64,000 nucleotides of DNA from Pseudomonadota bacterium (GCA_041178425.1 JBEGVH010000029.1:1-64000); one strand, 5' to 3'; numbered from the stretch's first letter, positions 42,351 to 52,474 are shown. Made by a program: numbers and translations. The notes: generated by a model not told the origin, from the letters alone.

Positions 42351-42442
42351 ATTGACCTCCTGATAAACAATTTCGCTTTATCACCATAGTTTTTAACTAA
42401 GAAAAGTCCAGCGAGACTGCCAACAGGAGACATAAAGATTTC

Positions 42443-43492
42443 TTAAGATCGAACTCCATGAGCACGACTTTCATTTGCACCACTTGAGTTCATTTCGATG
42501 AATCGAGCCTTTTGGGAAATTTCATCCAGCGTTGTTGCATTGAGATAGCTCATACCAGAACGAATCCCTCCTGAGATCTCAAGAATAACGTCCTTTACGT
42601 GCCCCTTAACGGTCACCTGAGTGGCCTCACCCTCTGGAGCCATTCCCTCAGGAACTCCTCCTCGCCAAGAGACTTGAGCCGCTTTCGAAGCCATACCACG
42701 ATATTGTTTTTTTCCATTTTTAATATCGCCGGGGGTCTCGATGGTTCCTGAGAGCATACTTCCCAACATGACGGTGTTCGCACCCGCAGCGAAGGCTTTA
42801 ACCATATCGCCACTCGTTCTGATGCCACCATCAGCGATCAGTGGTACTCCTCGTTCGCGAGCCACCTCAGCGCAGAGGGCAATCGCCGTTAACTGAGGGA
42901 TTCCACAACCTGTAATAATGCGAGTGGTACACATGCTTCCGGGACCGATACCCACCTTGATGGCGTCAGCACCGGCATCGATGAGGTCTTCAGCGGCTTC
43001 GGCCGTTGCCATGTTTCCAGCAATCACGTCGACCGAGGGGAACTGATCCTTCACCCATTTGAGAGTCTCTATCATTTGAACCGAGTGCCCATGGGCAATA
43101 TCGAGTGTTAAAAGATTGCAGCCATTTTTAACTAGAAGTGTCGCTCTTTCTTTAAAATCATCACTCACACCAATACTCGCCGCAATCACTTTGAGATTTT
43201 TCTCTCTTAACTCCCTCACCATGACCACTTGTTCATCGATACTCATAAATCGATGCAAAATACCCACGCCACCCAACTCGGCCATTGCCAAGGCCATTGA
43301 AACTTCGGTAACGGTATCCATATTGGCACTCACAATGGGAGTCTCAATCTCTATGTTCTTTGTTAGCTTTGATTTGAGACTCGGTTCTCGTCGAGAACGA
43401 ACGTCAGAACGGGAGGGCACCAAGAGAACATCATCAAAGGTAAGTCCACGGCTACGGTTCTTGATCGACGACCACTGAAAAAATAAATCCAT
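42443..43492 (-). CDS. IMPDH/GMP reductase family protein lacking CBS domains (probable GMP reductase)
   Basis: [39 protein letters not shown]; no CBS pair; flap lacks the Arg-Tyr dyad. Confidence 0.85.
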   Translation of the reverse strand: MDLFFQWSSIKNRSRGLTFDDVLLVPSRSDVRSRREPSLKSKLTKNIEIETPIVSANMDTVTEVSMALAMAELGGVGILHRFMSIDEQVVMVRELREKNLKVIAASIGVSDDFKERATLLVKNGCNLLTLDIAHGHSVQMIETLKWVKDQFPSVDVIAGNMATAEAAEDLIDAGADAIKVGIGPGSMCTTRIITGCGIPQLTAIALCAEVARERGVPLIADGGIRTSGDMVKAFAAGANTVMLGSMLSGTIETPGDIKNGKKQYRGMASKAAQVSWRGGVPEGMAPEGEATQVTVKGHVKDVILEISGGIRSGMSYLNATTLDEISQKARFIEMNSSGANESRAHGVRS

Positions 43493-43635
43493 ATTCACCT
43501 CATTCAAAACTCTAAAAAATGTCGGTTATTTTCCTCTGTTTGTCTACAAGACACTCGTATTAACGGCCAACAGACTATCAATTTAAAAAAATTCCCATCC
43601 TCTTTTAGTGCTAGAGACTGACCCTCTCAAAGAGA

Positions 43636-43798
43636 AGCCCTTCAAGGCTGATCGGAGTCCTAGGAGGTGAAGAACTGAGGGCTCCGGCGAACGTGATGTG
43701 TTGGCCGTGCCCCAACGGGGCCGGGCACGCCGGCGAGGCCATGGAATGGCCGCCCCGAAGTATTCACCTCCTAGGACTCCGATCAGCCTTGAAGGGCT
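43636..43798. repeat. 163-bp palindromic element: perfect 36-bp inverted arms around a 91-nt GC-rich structured core (MITE/REPIN-like or ncRNA)
   Basis: AGCCCTTCAAGGCTGATCGGAGTCCTAGGAGGTGAA (43636-43671) is the exact reverse complement of 43763-43798. Confidence 0.92.
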
Positions 43799-43947
43799 CC
43801 CATCCGTAAGATCCTCGCCCATAACGGCACTGTCAAAAAGATCGACATCTGCGTCTTCGGTAGAAACCAGCCAAGTGTAAAGTAGGGAGGGGTCGACAAC
43901 GCCTAGCAAGGCATGATTCCTGCTTTCTAATTGAGTGGAGGACACCG

Positions 43948-45369
43948 ATGAAGAAAACAACTTTTGTTGAATCAGGAAGCCATTTTTTAATTGCTGGGGT
44001 CATGGCGCTGACTATGGCTACCTCTGCCTGTAATGAAAAAAGCTCCTCCCGACAACAACGTCCCGCGCGTCGAGCTGCGGCCATGAAAAACAACACTCCA
44101 GGCCCAAATAACCAACAACCCAGCCCCGCAGACACAGCGACTCAGCCAAACACCCCCCCGTTGCTTCCACGGTTAAACTCTCCAGATGAGCCATCAAAGA
44201 GCTTTGAAAAACCAACTGGTCGAAGTGGAACTCAGGAAACTCTGACTCGTTCTAACCCATTTCCGACTTCGGAAAAAGAAAAAACAGCCTCACCCACTAC
44301 CCCTTCGCCTCAAACGCAGGTGTTCGGTGATCTTCAACATGTTCTTACACAGCTCCATAATATTTATTTAAACGCTTGGTATGCCGTCAATAAGGATAAA
44401 TCTTCGAGACCCCGTAATTTCTTTGAAGACATCGCTGCTAAAATTCAGAATCTCAGCCCAATAATCAGCCTCAAAGATGGCGAAGGAACTCCTGCTTCTA
44501 TCAATGACCGTTGTGATCGCTACCGTCTGGTGCACACCCATGATCTAGTCAAGAACCGGCAACGATTATTGCTCTATGACTGTACCACTAAAAGCTACCT
44601 CCCAGAGGCCCTCTTGACTTATCGTGTGCAAGGTAATGAGTGGCAAATAGCCACAACTCCGCAAACACTCGATTTTATTCTTCCAAATCAAATGGGATTC
44701 CTTTCCACGATTTCTTTTAAGCCTCTTTGTTTGGTGACCATAGAAAAAGAATCTAGCTCCACAAAGATCTCAAAGGCCCTTTGTAAGGAATGGGGACAAC
44801 AGCTCTCTTCGTCGAAGGCTCAAGATCGTAAAACAATTTTATTTAATTTGCTTAAGTATGATCGCTCGGCAGTGAATGTTCTCGAGGTCGAAGCTCAGTA
44901 TATCGACTATGATGGTTCTAATCAGGTTTGTCGAAGTGGAATGATGAGGCGTAAGGCACCATCTTCAAAAGAGGTGATTTATCTTGATGACGAAGACGTC
45001 AGTGAGTGCAAACCAAGCCCTTTAGATCAACCAAAGCAGGCATTTCCCATAACTGCTCCTGAGATGCAGCCACCCCAAGCCGAAACAAACACGGGTCATC
45101 GCCCTTCTCCCACCGGCGAGCCAATGGTTAAGAATCCTCGCGCGATGGCCATACCGATGAATCCTACTGCCCAAAATACACCACCGATCATGAATCCAAA
45201 TGAAGGTGAAATGAATTTTGGTAATCCCGAGATTCAAGTTCCTCCCGTCCTTGAACCCGCGGCCCCCAGTGTTGACACCTCTGAGGCCATAACTCCAGTG
45301 ATGGAGCCTCCGATGGACAGCCAAGAGCCTATGGCACCTGCGAACTTTGGAGAAGTGGAGACTCTGTGA
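43948..45369 (+). CDS. Hypothetical lipoprotein with Pro-rich termini
   Basis: GGAGG RBS; lipobox TSAC; Pro-rich N- and C-terminal regions around a Cys-containing core. Confidence 0.8.
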   Translation: MKKTTFVESGSHFLIAGVMALTMATSACNEKSSSRQQRPARRAAAMKNNTPGPNNQQPSPADTATQPNTPPLLPRLNSPDEPSKSFEKPTGRSGTQETLTRSNPFPTSEKEKTASPTTPSPQTQVFGDLQHVLTQLHNIYLNAWYAVNKDKSSRPRNFFEDIAAKIQNLSPIISLKDGEGTPASINDRCDRYRLVHTHDLVKNRQRLLLYDCTTKSYLPEALLTYRVQGNEWQIATTPQTLDFILPNQMGFLSTISFKPLCLVTIEKESSSTKISKALCKEWGQQLSSSKAQDRKTILFNLLKYDRSAVNVLEVEAQYIDYDGSNQVCRSGMMRRKAPSSKEVIYLDDEDVSECKPSPLDQPKQAFPITAPEMQPPQAETNTGHRPSPTGEPMVKNPRAMAIPMNPTAQNTPPIMNPNEGEMNFGNPEIQVPPVLEPAAPSVDTSEAITPVMEPPMDSQEPMAPANFGEVETL

Positions 45370-46298
45370 AAACCTTTCTTGTTCTCTCAACTCTTTTTTT
45401 TGGGAGCCTCAGTGCACAAGCTGGCCTCCTTCGATCCGCGGCCCTTTACTATACTCCGCAAGACGAAATCGAAATAAACTCCAACGTTGGTTATTTTGAC
45501 CGAGAACGACGGATGGGTGGTTTTCAAACGAGATCTTCTGTTACCCTGGCGGGCCTTCGCTTCGAGCATGGTCTCAGCGAAAAAATGAGCTGGGGTGCCA
45601 ACATGAACTATGGAAGCGGAACTGGAGAAATCCAGACAGCCTCGGTAAAACTTCAACAGTCTTACCAAGGTCTCTTCGACCCAGAGATTTTCCTCAAATA
45701 CCACCGAACTACAGAATCTTTTCGATTTCATACTAACGGAATTTTTAGTTTAAAAACAGATAGCATGGTGATCGCAAACGACCGAAATCCAATCAATTTT
45801 TCTTCTGGCGGTTCTTCGTTCGCTCTCCAAGTCGGCCTAGAAAAAGATCTCGGTCCAATCCTCTTAGGCGCTGATGTGCGGTCCGATCTTTGGAAAGACA
45901 CCCAAGAGATTATCCAAAGAGGCTCCAACGTCTCTTCGTATCAAACCGATACTATTTACTTTCGCGATGGAGGAAAAGCTTCATCCGCTTCCATTTTCGG
46001 CGAACTGAGCACGATCAAAAAAATTAAGCCTGGCTTTAAATTAAGAATTACTCAGGTAGACGTATCCTCAGACACGCCCCAAACCGCTCCAAACTTACTC
46101 TCTGCAACGTCTGCGTCACAGTATACAACTCCTAAGGAGCAGCTGATGGGAGTTAGCATTTATGGAAGAGTAAAGCTTCCTTCCCAGTTCGTCTTAAACT
46201 TTGAGTTGTCCTCAACTGAATTTTATCAAAATTCTTCTTTAGACAATTTAATAGGGCGCAACTACAGCCTCTTCTCAAATCTGGGCTACAAGTTCTGA
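45366..46298 (+). CDS. Probable outer-membrane beta-barrel protein
   Basis: Signal peptide; alternating amphipathic strands; C-terminal NLGYKF beta-signal; GTGA overlap with the upstream gene. Confidence 0.78.
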   Translation: MKTFLVLSTLFFGSLSAQAGLLRSAALYYTPQDEIEINSNVGYFDRERRMGGFQTRSSVTLAGLRFEHGLSEKMSWGANMNYGSGTGEIQTASVKLQQSYQGLFDPEIFLKYHRTTESFRFHTNGIFSLKTDSMVIANDRNPINFSSGGSSFALQVGLEKDLGPILLGADVRSDLWKDTQEIIQRGSNVSSYQTDTIYFRDGGKASSASIFGELSTIKKIKPGFKLRITQVDVSSDTPQTAPNLLSATSASQYTTPKEQLMGVSIYGRVKLPSQFVLNFELSSTEFYQNSSLDNLIGRNYSLFSNLGYKF

Positions 46299-47375
46299 TG
46301 GAGAGTCGTTGATTGTTTTTGGTTGTAACTGAAAATCCAACTCCCACCGAATCCATAGCAACAAAAGCAACACGAGGCTGGCTCCCACTTGATGAATCAC
46401 AGCCAATGGCAAACTCACGTTCAACAGTAATGTTGCCACTCCCAAACTAAATTGAGTCAATACTACACCCATCAATCCTATCAGAGCACCACGAAGAGTT
46501 TTTGGAACCAACGAACGAAACTTTAGATACACAGAAATAACACCAATGACCAAAGTCCATCCTAGCATTCGATGAACCCACTGGACCATCAAGGAGTTTT
46601 CAAAGAGATTTCGCAACAGCGACTCAAAGGCCAAGGCCCCTTGAGGAAAAAATTGCCCTTCCATATCAGGAAACGTATTGTACATGTATCCAGCCCGCAA
46701 ACCAGCAACAAAAGCACCATAGAGAATCTGAAGAACAAGGATGCCTAAAAGAATATTCAAACTTGTCTTGAGACTCTTCATTGTTCGCTGAACCGAGGTT
46801 TCCGTTGCGAAAACCGGTTTTGTTGCTTGCTGTATTTCCGTGTTATACAGCCAACCCATTCTCCAAAAATAGGCGAGAATAAAAAATGCCAGCAGAAGAT
46901 GGGCAGCCAATCGAAAATGACTGACTTGGGGCTGATCAACCAACCCACTGGCGACCATAATCCAACCCATCAAACCCTGCAGTCCACCCAACATAAAACC
47001 TAAGAGAAAGCGACCAGCCCACTTTTTATCGAAATACCCCTTCCACCAAAACCACGCCCACGGAAACAGAAACACAAGCCCCATCATGCGACCAATTAAA
47101 CGATGAAAATACTCCCAAAAGAAAATCCACTGAAAGGCAGCTAAGGTCATTCCTTTGTTAACCAATTGATACTGAGGCGAAGATTGATATTTATTAAAAA
47201 CTTCGAGCCAATCGGAATGGGTCAGCGGAGGGATTGCACCCATAAGGGGTTTCCATTCGGTGATCGACAACCCAGAACCTGTCAATCGCGTGACACCACC
47301 AATGACTACCATCATCATGACCATCGAACACAATACTAGAACCCAAAGAAATACTTGTTGGCGTTTATCAGACAT
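46275..47375 (-). CDS. ctaA: Heme A synthase (COX15/CtaA, type 2)
   Basis: GGVTRLTGSGLSITEW, EYFHRLIGR, QGLMGWIMV.SGL, RLAAHL, GAFVAGL.AG, HR.LG, HQ.GA. Confidence 0.95.
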   Translation of the reverse strand: MSDKRQQVFLWVLVLCSMVMMMVVIGGVTRLTGSGLSITEWKPLMGAIPPLTHSDWLEVFNKYQSSPQYQLVNKGMTLAAFQWIFFWEYFHRLIGRMMGLVFLFPWAWFWWKGYFDKKWAGRFLLGFMLGGLQGLMGWIMVASGLVDQPQVSHFRLAAHLLLAFFILAYFWRMGWLYNTEIQQATKPVFATETSVQRTMKSLKTSLNILLGILVLQILYGAFVAGLRAGYMYNTFPDMEGQFFPQGALAFESLLRNLFENSLMVQWVHRMLGWTLVIGVISVYLKFRSLVPKTLRGALIGLMGVVLTQFSLGVATLLLNVSLPLAVIHQVGASLVLLLLLWIRWELDFQLQPKTINDSPSELVAQI

Positions 47376-47615
47376 AGTGGCCTCACCTTCTCATTTCTCA
47401 GTTAAAAGCCTCTTCTTTGATTTACCGAAAAACTATAAAACTGCCAATCAGTTCTTGTTTTTGGCTCTCCCTGCCGCAGAATTTCACCAAATCCTCCCTT
47501 GCAATATCTACAAGAGAGAACGCCCAATAGGGCTCTTTTAAATCTTCAAACCTACCAGATTGACTGCCAACGCTGGCACCCACCTTGAATAAAAGAGTTT
47601 CTGAAGGAGACTCCC

Positions 47616-48137
47616 ATGCAAAAACAGTGGACTCAAAAAGTATTGAAATTGGCAGGTTTATTCTCTGTTGTTAGCTCTTTGGCCGTAGCCCAAGTTAAAC
47701 CAACGAGCTCACAACTGCAATGCAAGACCAAAGCAAAAGAAGTGGCTAAGATGGCGTATGATGACTGTATGGAATCTGCCAAGGGCAATGAAGCAGAGAG
47801 AATTCGGACTGAATACAAACTCAAAATGGCAAAACTCAAAGAGCTCTACGAACAAAAACTAAAGAAATTAAATATTAAACTCAAACAAAACACAGCCAGC
47901 CAAACTCAATCAGAAGCAAACTCCCTGCCTGTAAAAACAGAAACAGTGGTTCCTGCAGCGGAAACAATTGCTCCTGCGATCAGTTCGAGTCGAATTTCTC
48001 CAACTGAACCAAGCACTCCCATCGAACCCCCTGCAAATACTGAAGAGCCCATCGAACCAATCATTCGATTAAAGCCAGCCAACCCAGGTTTCGAGCAACA
48101 ACAAAATCTCGACAGTCCCCCAGAGCTTTCGATCTGA
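47616..48137 (+). CDS. Hypothetical secreted protein
   Basis: AAGGAG RBS; signal peptide; Cys-pair coiled coil; Pro/Glu-rich tail. Confidence 0.75.
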   Translation: MQKQWTQKVLKLAGLFSVVSSLAVAQVKPTSSQLQCKTKAKEVAKMAYDDCMESAKGNEAERIRTEYKLKMAKLKELYEQKLKKLNIKLKQNTASQTQSEANSLPVKTETVVPAAETIAPAISSSRISPTEPSTPIEPPANTEEPIEPIIRLKPANPGFEQQQNLDSPPELSI

Positions 48138-48162
48138 ATACACCCTATAAACAAACGTGATA

Positions 48163-48198
48163 AATAAAAAAAGCGCCACTCCAGGCGCTTTTTTTATT
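48163..48198. terminator. Bidirectional intrinsic terminator
   Basis: AATAAAAAAAGCGCC-actcca-GGCGCTTTTTTTATT. Confidence 0.88.
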
Positions 48199-48224
48199 AG
48201 CCGATTTTTAAATAATTTTTATTT

Positions 48225-50198
48225 CTACTTTCGCACTTCCCAAAGGGGCACCTGTCGAGTTCCTTTCAAATCAAAGATTTGACTTTTTCGCTCGCCACGA
48301 ACTTGCAACATCCCATAAACAGCGCTGTCTTGTCTCCAGCCCCCATCAAAACTCAATCGCGACTTAGATTCTACCAGCAACCCCTGAAGACCACTTATCG
48401 CCATAGACTCTGGTGAGCGATTGAATTGCCCAGAAATATTTTTTACAAGAGCTCGCTCACTTCCCTCAGGTAAAATCTTGGGTAAGAATTGAGTCTCTGA
48501 AATGGGCCAATCAATGCCCGCTGCTTGAACACGACCGTTCACAAAACCTTTGTTTCCTGAAAAATCTAATTTCAACTTATCTAGAACAACGCCAGCAATC
48601 ACACTTTTCTCAAATTTCAAAAAACCATTTAGGTCATTAGTGACACCATCAACAATTTTTAGTGACAGACGTCCTTCCAATGAACCTAAACTGCCCCCAA
48701 TCGTCATTAGTTCTTCGACTTCGGGGCTCAATTTAAAATTAGAAAAATCCGACTCCAACTCCACCGTTTTTTCATTTTGGTTAAGAGCCATAGACACATC
48801 GCCCTTCCAATCCCCGTTCTCTAACTCGATTTTTCTAATGTATCCAGACCACTGATTCGATCCACCTGCCATGTCGAGCGTCATCGTTTTTATCGATTGG
48901 TGCTCACGGAGCCCACGGTTGGAGAAGATCACTTGCAAGCCTCTCCATTGACCCGACATAGAAATCAATTGGTTGTTAGTGAACTGCCCCTCACCGTCAA
49001 ATATGCCCAAGCGGTCGAAGGCCGGTGGTGGTTCACTCCAACCCAACATCCGAGTCAAAATATCTAAATCCACTTCTTTTGCGAGTGCTTTGTAGGGCTC
49101 AACACTCCATTGAGTCGCATTAGTTTCTTTTTGAGCAATGACCTTTCCCAAAATAAAGTCGCCAAATTCCCCTTCTATATGCCCCTCGCTGACCTCAATT
49201 TTTTCTGGCGCAATGGCATCATGACTCCACAAAACATCAGCCGAAACCCAAGCTTGTGAAGACGTTGGCATCGGACCCGTTCGCCCTAAAACTTGCGCCA
49301 GTACAATGAGCTGACTCCAGGGAATCTGTTTAAAGCTCCCCTTCCACAAAAAGTCTTTTCGGTGAGGATACCATTGGCCCTCGACATCAACCCGTCCCTC
49401 TCTCCAGGCCCCTCGAATTTTGGCAGTTGCTTTTTCTGCATCAGAATCTAACTCTAAACGAGCATGCAACCCCTGAAAGGGAAATCGCTGCTGATCTGAT
49501 GTAAGAGTTACTAAGCCTTCAATGTGGGTATGATCTTCACCTTTTACTGGAAGCTGCACTTCGACACCCTTTAAGTTCCAATGAAAGAGTGGCCACTCGA
49601 CAAACTGTAAATGAACTTCTTTGAAGATAAGGTTTCGCAAGAGGCTCGACTCAACCGACATCGTTTGAACCAACGGGGGGCGTTCCAGACTGTTGGCTGC
49701 AACACCGTCACTCGCCGTAGCAGTGCTGGATTCGGGCGTTGCCACGGAGGGGATCGAAGGGATTGCCTGTGATTGATCTCCACAGCTCTCTCGGCGAGCA
49801 CGCATTTCAAGAGCAAGCAATCCCACCTCGATGCGTTTAAATACCAGTGTTCGATCGAGCAAACTGGAAAAAGCCACTGGCAGCACTAAATTTTGGATTG
49901 TTGCCTTTGCTCCAAAGAGACAAGGATCATTGGTCTGTACGCTGAATTTCTCGATAACAATGGCCAGCCGCGGAAGAAAACCATCCGCTAAACTCAGCGA
50001 GGCCCCCTCGATTGAACTTGATATGCGAGGATCAGCTCCGCTGAGCGCTCGTTCAATTTCATACTGGATACGGCGTGGAGAAAAAATGGCCTTGAAAGTT
50101 AAACTGAAAAGAAAGGCGATCGAGAGACCCAGAAGCACCCACCTCCAGCCTTTTTGTTCGACCACCAAATATTTCTCTGATGCTAGATTCTTACTCAT
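48225..50198 (-). CDS. Membrane-anchored beta-rich protein (AsmA-like)
   Basis: Single N-terminal TM followed by a long beta-strand-rich region; ATGA overlap with greA. Confidence 0.65.
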   Translation of the reverse strand: MSKNLASEKYLVVEQKGWRWVLLGLSIAFLFSLTFKAIFSPRRIQYEIERALSGADPRISSSIEGASLSLADGFLPRLAIVIEKFSVQTNDPCLFGAKATIQNLVLPVAFSSLLDRTLVFKRIEVGLLALEMRARRESCGDQSQAIPSIPSVATPESSTATASDGVAANSLERPPLVQTMSVESSLLRNLIFKEVHLQFVEWPLFHWNLKGVEVQLPVKGEDHTHIEGLVTLTSDQQRFPFQGLHARLELDSDAEKATAKIRGAWREGRVDVEGQWYPHRKDFLWKGSFKQIPWSQLIVLAQVLGRTGPMPTSSQAWVSADVLWSHDAIAPEKIEVSEGHIEGEFGDFILGKVIAQKETNATQWSVEPYKALAKEVDLDILTRMLGWSEPPPAFDRLGIFDGEGQFTNNQLISMSGQWRGLQVIFSNRGLREHQSIKTMTLDMAGGSNQWSGYIRKIELENGDWKGDVSMALNQNEKTVELESDFSNFKLSPEVEELMTIGGSLGSLEGRLSLKIVDGVTNDLNGFLKFEKSVIAGVVLDKLKLDFSGNKGFVNGRVQAAGIDWPISETQFLPKILPEGSERALVKNISGQFNRSPESMAISGLQGLLVESKSRLSFDGGWRQDSAVYGMLQVRGERKSQIFDLKGTRQVPLWEVRK

Positions 50199-50674
50199 TC
50201 AAATCTAAAAGAAATAATCTCGTATTCTTTTTCTGCTTTAGCGCCCTTAACCAGGACAACCTCACCAGCTTTTTTTCCAATCAATGAACGCGCAATGGGC
50301 GACATCACAGAGATTCGGCCCTGCTTCACGTCAGCCTCATCGATTCCAACAATTTGATAGGTAAATTCATCCTCGGTTTCAAGATCAACCAAAGTCACAG
50401 TAGCCCCAAAGACAATCCGATCAGACTTAATGTCTTTTGGCTCAACCACTTCAGCACCAGCTAATTTGCCTTGAATCTCAGCAATTCGACCTTCAGTGAG
50501 GGCTTGACGCTCTTTTGCGGCATCATATTCTGCATTTTCACTTATGTCCCCATGGGCACGAGCCTCCTCAATGGCTTTAATGACAGCCGGTCGCTCTTCA
50601 TGGAGTAATCTCTTGAGTTCCGCGTCGAGTAATGCTTTTCCTCTCACTGTCATTGGCAATTTATCTTCAGACAT
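50195..50674 (-). CDS. greA: Transcription elongation factor GreA
   Basis: ARAHGDISENAEYDAAKE, FGATV, IVG.DEAD, ISVMSPIARSLIGK. Confidence 0.97.
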   Translation of the reverse strand: MSEDKLPMTVRGKALLDAELKRLLHEERPAVIKAIEEARAHGDISENAEYDAAKERQALTEGRIAEIQGKLAGAEVVEPKDIKSDRIVFGATVTLVDLETEDEFTYQIVGIDEADVKQGRISVMSPIARSLIGKKAGEVVLVKGAKAEKEYEIISFRFE

Positions 50675-50816
50675 GAGCCATTCTCCTTCCCAATGAATCG
50701 CCAGAACCGGCGAATCGCAATAAGCTAAAGTCGATCAAAGAGATAGTTCTACTGAAAAACTTTGACCTCCTCAAGTTTAAAGCTCATGCTTTAAAAAGGG
50801 AACTACTAATTGCGTT

Positions 50817-51047
50817 ATGAATCGACCTCAGAAAAAGCCCGAAATTATTTGTCGCTGCAATAATGTTTCAAGAGAAACAATTGAGATGGCCATACGCGAT
50901 GGCTGTCAAACAATGAACGAAATTTTTGATGAAACAACGGCAGGAGTCGGCCCCTGTGGTGGCAGTTGCCGACGACTTATCGTGCCCCTCCTAAAGACCT
51001 ACCTCGAGCTGGGCGTTTTTCCCGAAAAATTACCACCTAGAAAATAG
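50817..51047 (+). CDS. BFD-like (2Fe-2S)-binding protein
   Basis: ICRCNNVS...I..AI..G...TTAGVGPCGGSC. Confidence 0.85.
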   Translation: MNRPQKKPEIICRCNNVSRETIEMAIRDGCQTMNEIFDETTAGVGPCGGSCRRLIVPLLKTYLELGVFPEKLPPRK

Positions 51048-51519
51048 TTTTGTTAATGACCGAAAGAGCTTCGGCACTCCTCACCATTTCTTCTCGGTTG
51101 CGAATTATCTCCTCGATTTTACCACGACAAGATGTGCATGAAGTACAGGCATTTGTCCACAAAGACACTTCAGCGACATTCATTGCCCCCGCTACAACGG
51201 CGTTATCAATTTTTTCACTTGTGACTTGACGGCAATTGCAAACCATTTCTCCCGCGTAAGGAATTGCCCACTGAGTCTTTGCACGTGCAATTATTTCGGC
51301 CGCTAATAAATGAGAGCGACGCTCTTCAAGACTGGCCCCTTCAAGAAGACCAGCCCCCAGCTTCCATTGCGAAATTTTTCTTCCAAAGCGAGACAACAAA
51401 TCTTCAAACAGACCCACGGTTTTTGGCGAGGCTTGAAGGTGATAACTAATAATCTCACCTTGTTCATTAGTTTCAATTTGGATATCTTCATACCCCGGCA
51501 AATTGATTTGCAGCTGCAT
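51037..51519 (-). CDS. Protein with a C-terminal BFD-like (2Fe-2S) domain
   Basis: VCNCRQVT...I..AV..G....TNACTSCTSC. Confidence 0.8.
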   Translation of the reverse strand: MQLQINLPGYEDIQIETNEQGEIISYHLQASPKTVGLFEDLLSRFGRKISQWKLGAGLLEGASLEERRSHLLAAEIIARAKTQWAIPYAGEMVCNCRQVTSEKIDNAVVAGAMNVAEVSLWTNACTSCTSCRGKIEEIIRNREEMVRSAEALSVINKTIF

Positions 51520-52300
51520 CTTTTACTCTCCTCAAAACATGATAAAGACGACCCGAAAGGACTGACCAATCGGCATTGAGTTGCTTATTGGTTTCGTTCA
51601 TGTAGAGCTCGCGATTCAATTCAACTTGTAGCACATGATGTTGAATCTGAGGACGACCGTAGTGCTCGGTTAATCGACCACCAAAGTAGGGCCAATTATA
51701 AGCCACAGAAAAACCCTCTTTTTCAAAAGCCTCAATAACCGCATCCTTAAAATAGGGTGCACAACTTTTACCTTTGGAATCACTAATCACGACATCTTTT
51801 CGGCGCTCCCCCGGATCTCGATGCTGAGCGGTCCCAACCGAAGGCATACTATGCAAGTCGAGATGATAAAGATCACCTTGAGAAAGGAGCTTTTGCGCAA
51901 GAGCCTGAACCTCTTTATGAAAAGGCGAGTAGACTCGATCGATCAAAGCTTGGTGCACCTCTCTACTTAAGGGAGAGTGAAGAATCTTTTCTCCTTGAGT
52001 ATTATAAACCCAATGAAAGCCTCGAGGAAAAGTTCCTGGTGGGTTATTGTTTCCTTGCACCGCTTCAGCATCAATATCCGTGGGCAAACGGTTTAAATCG
52101 GCCGCATAACGATGCCAAGAAGTCTTCACCGAAGGAATTTGGAGCTGAGCAAGACTCTCTTCATAGAGCTTATCGACAAAGCGATCAACATCTCCCATGA
52201 GGGTGACTTCATCTAATCCGATTAACCACTGAGCTTCTGGTGGAATAATCTCTCCCGAGTGAGGCAGTGTCGCCATCAACAAACAATCTCTTTTTGACAT
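51488..52300 (-). CDS. N-formylglutamate amidohydrolase family protein
   Basis: LPHSG..IP, D.D.FVD.LY, DLNR, YSPFH, DLHSMPS, NWPYFGG..T..YG.P, QVELNR.LYM.E. Confidence 0.9.
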   Translation of the reverse strand: MSKRDCLLMATLPHSGEIIPPEAQWLIGLDEVTLMGDVDRFVDKLYEESLAQLQIPSVKTSWHRYAADLNRLPTDIDAEAVQGNNNPPGTFPRGFHWVYNTQGEKILHSPLSREVHQALIDRVYSPFHKEVQALAQKLLSQGDLYHLDLHSMPSVGTAQHRDPGERRKDVVISDSKGKSCAPYFKDAVIEAFEKEGFSVAYNWPYFGGRLTEHYGRPQIQHHVLQVELNRELYMNETNKQLNADWSVLSGRLYHVLRRVKDAAANQFAGV

Positions 52301-52474
52301 TTAAACCTCCCTCTTTATTGATGCTGCCAAAGCCCCCAATAGAAAACAAGAACTCTTCGATGAGAGTCCTTGTTCCGATAGGAAGGAGCACCGGGCCTAA
52401 CTTCTTTTGCTGCAATAGATCTTAGAGGCAAAGGATTGAAATTATACTTGATTTATCACTCAAAAGCTCTTCCA

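Noticed and set aside
43636..43798. Retron msr-msd, RNase P, SRP, tmRNA or tRNA identity for the element
   Set aside because: No reverse transcriptase in the window and none of the conserved signatures of those RNAs; their stems are not perfect 36-bp duplexes.
43583..43960. ORFs of 125 and 60 aa across the palindromic element
   Set aside because: Likely by-products of a GC-rich, stop-poor inverted repeat; no RBS or protein-like features.
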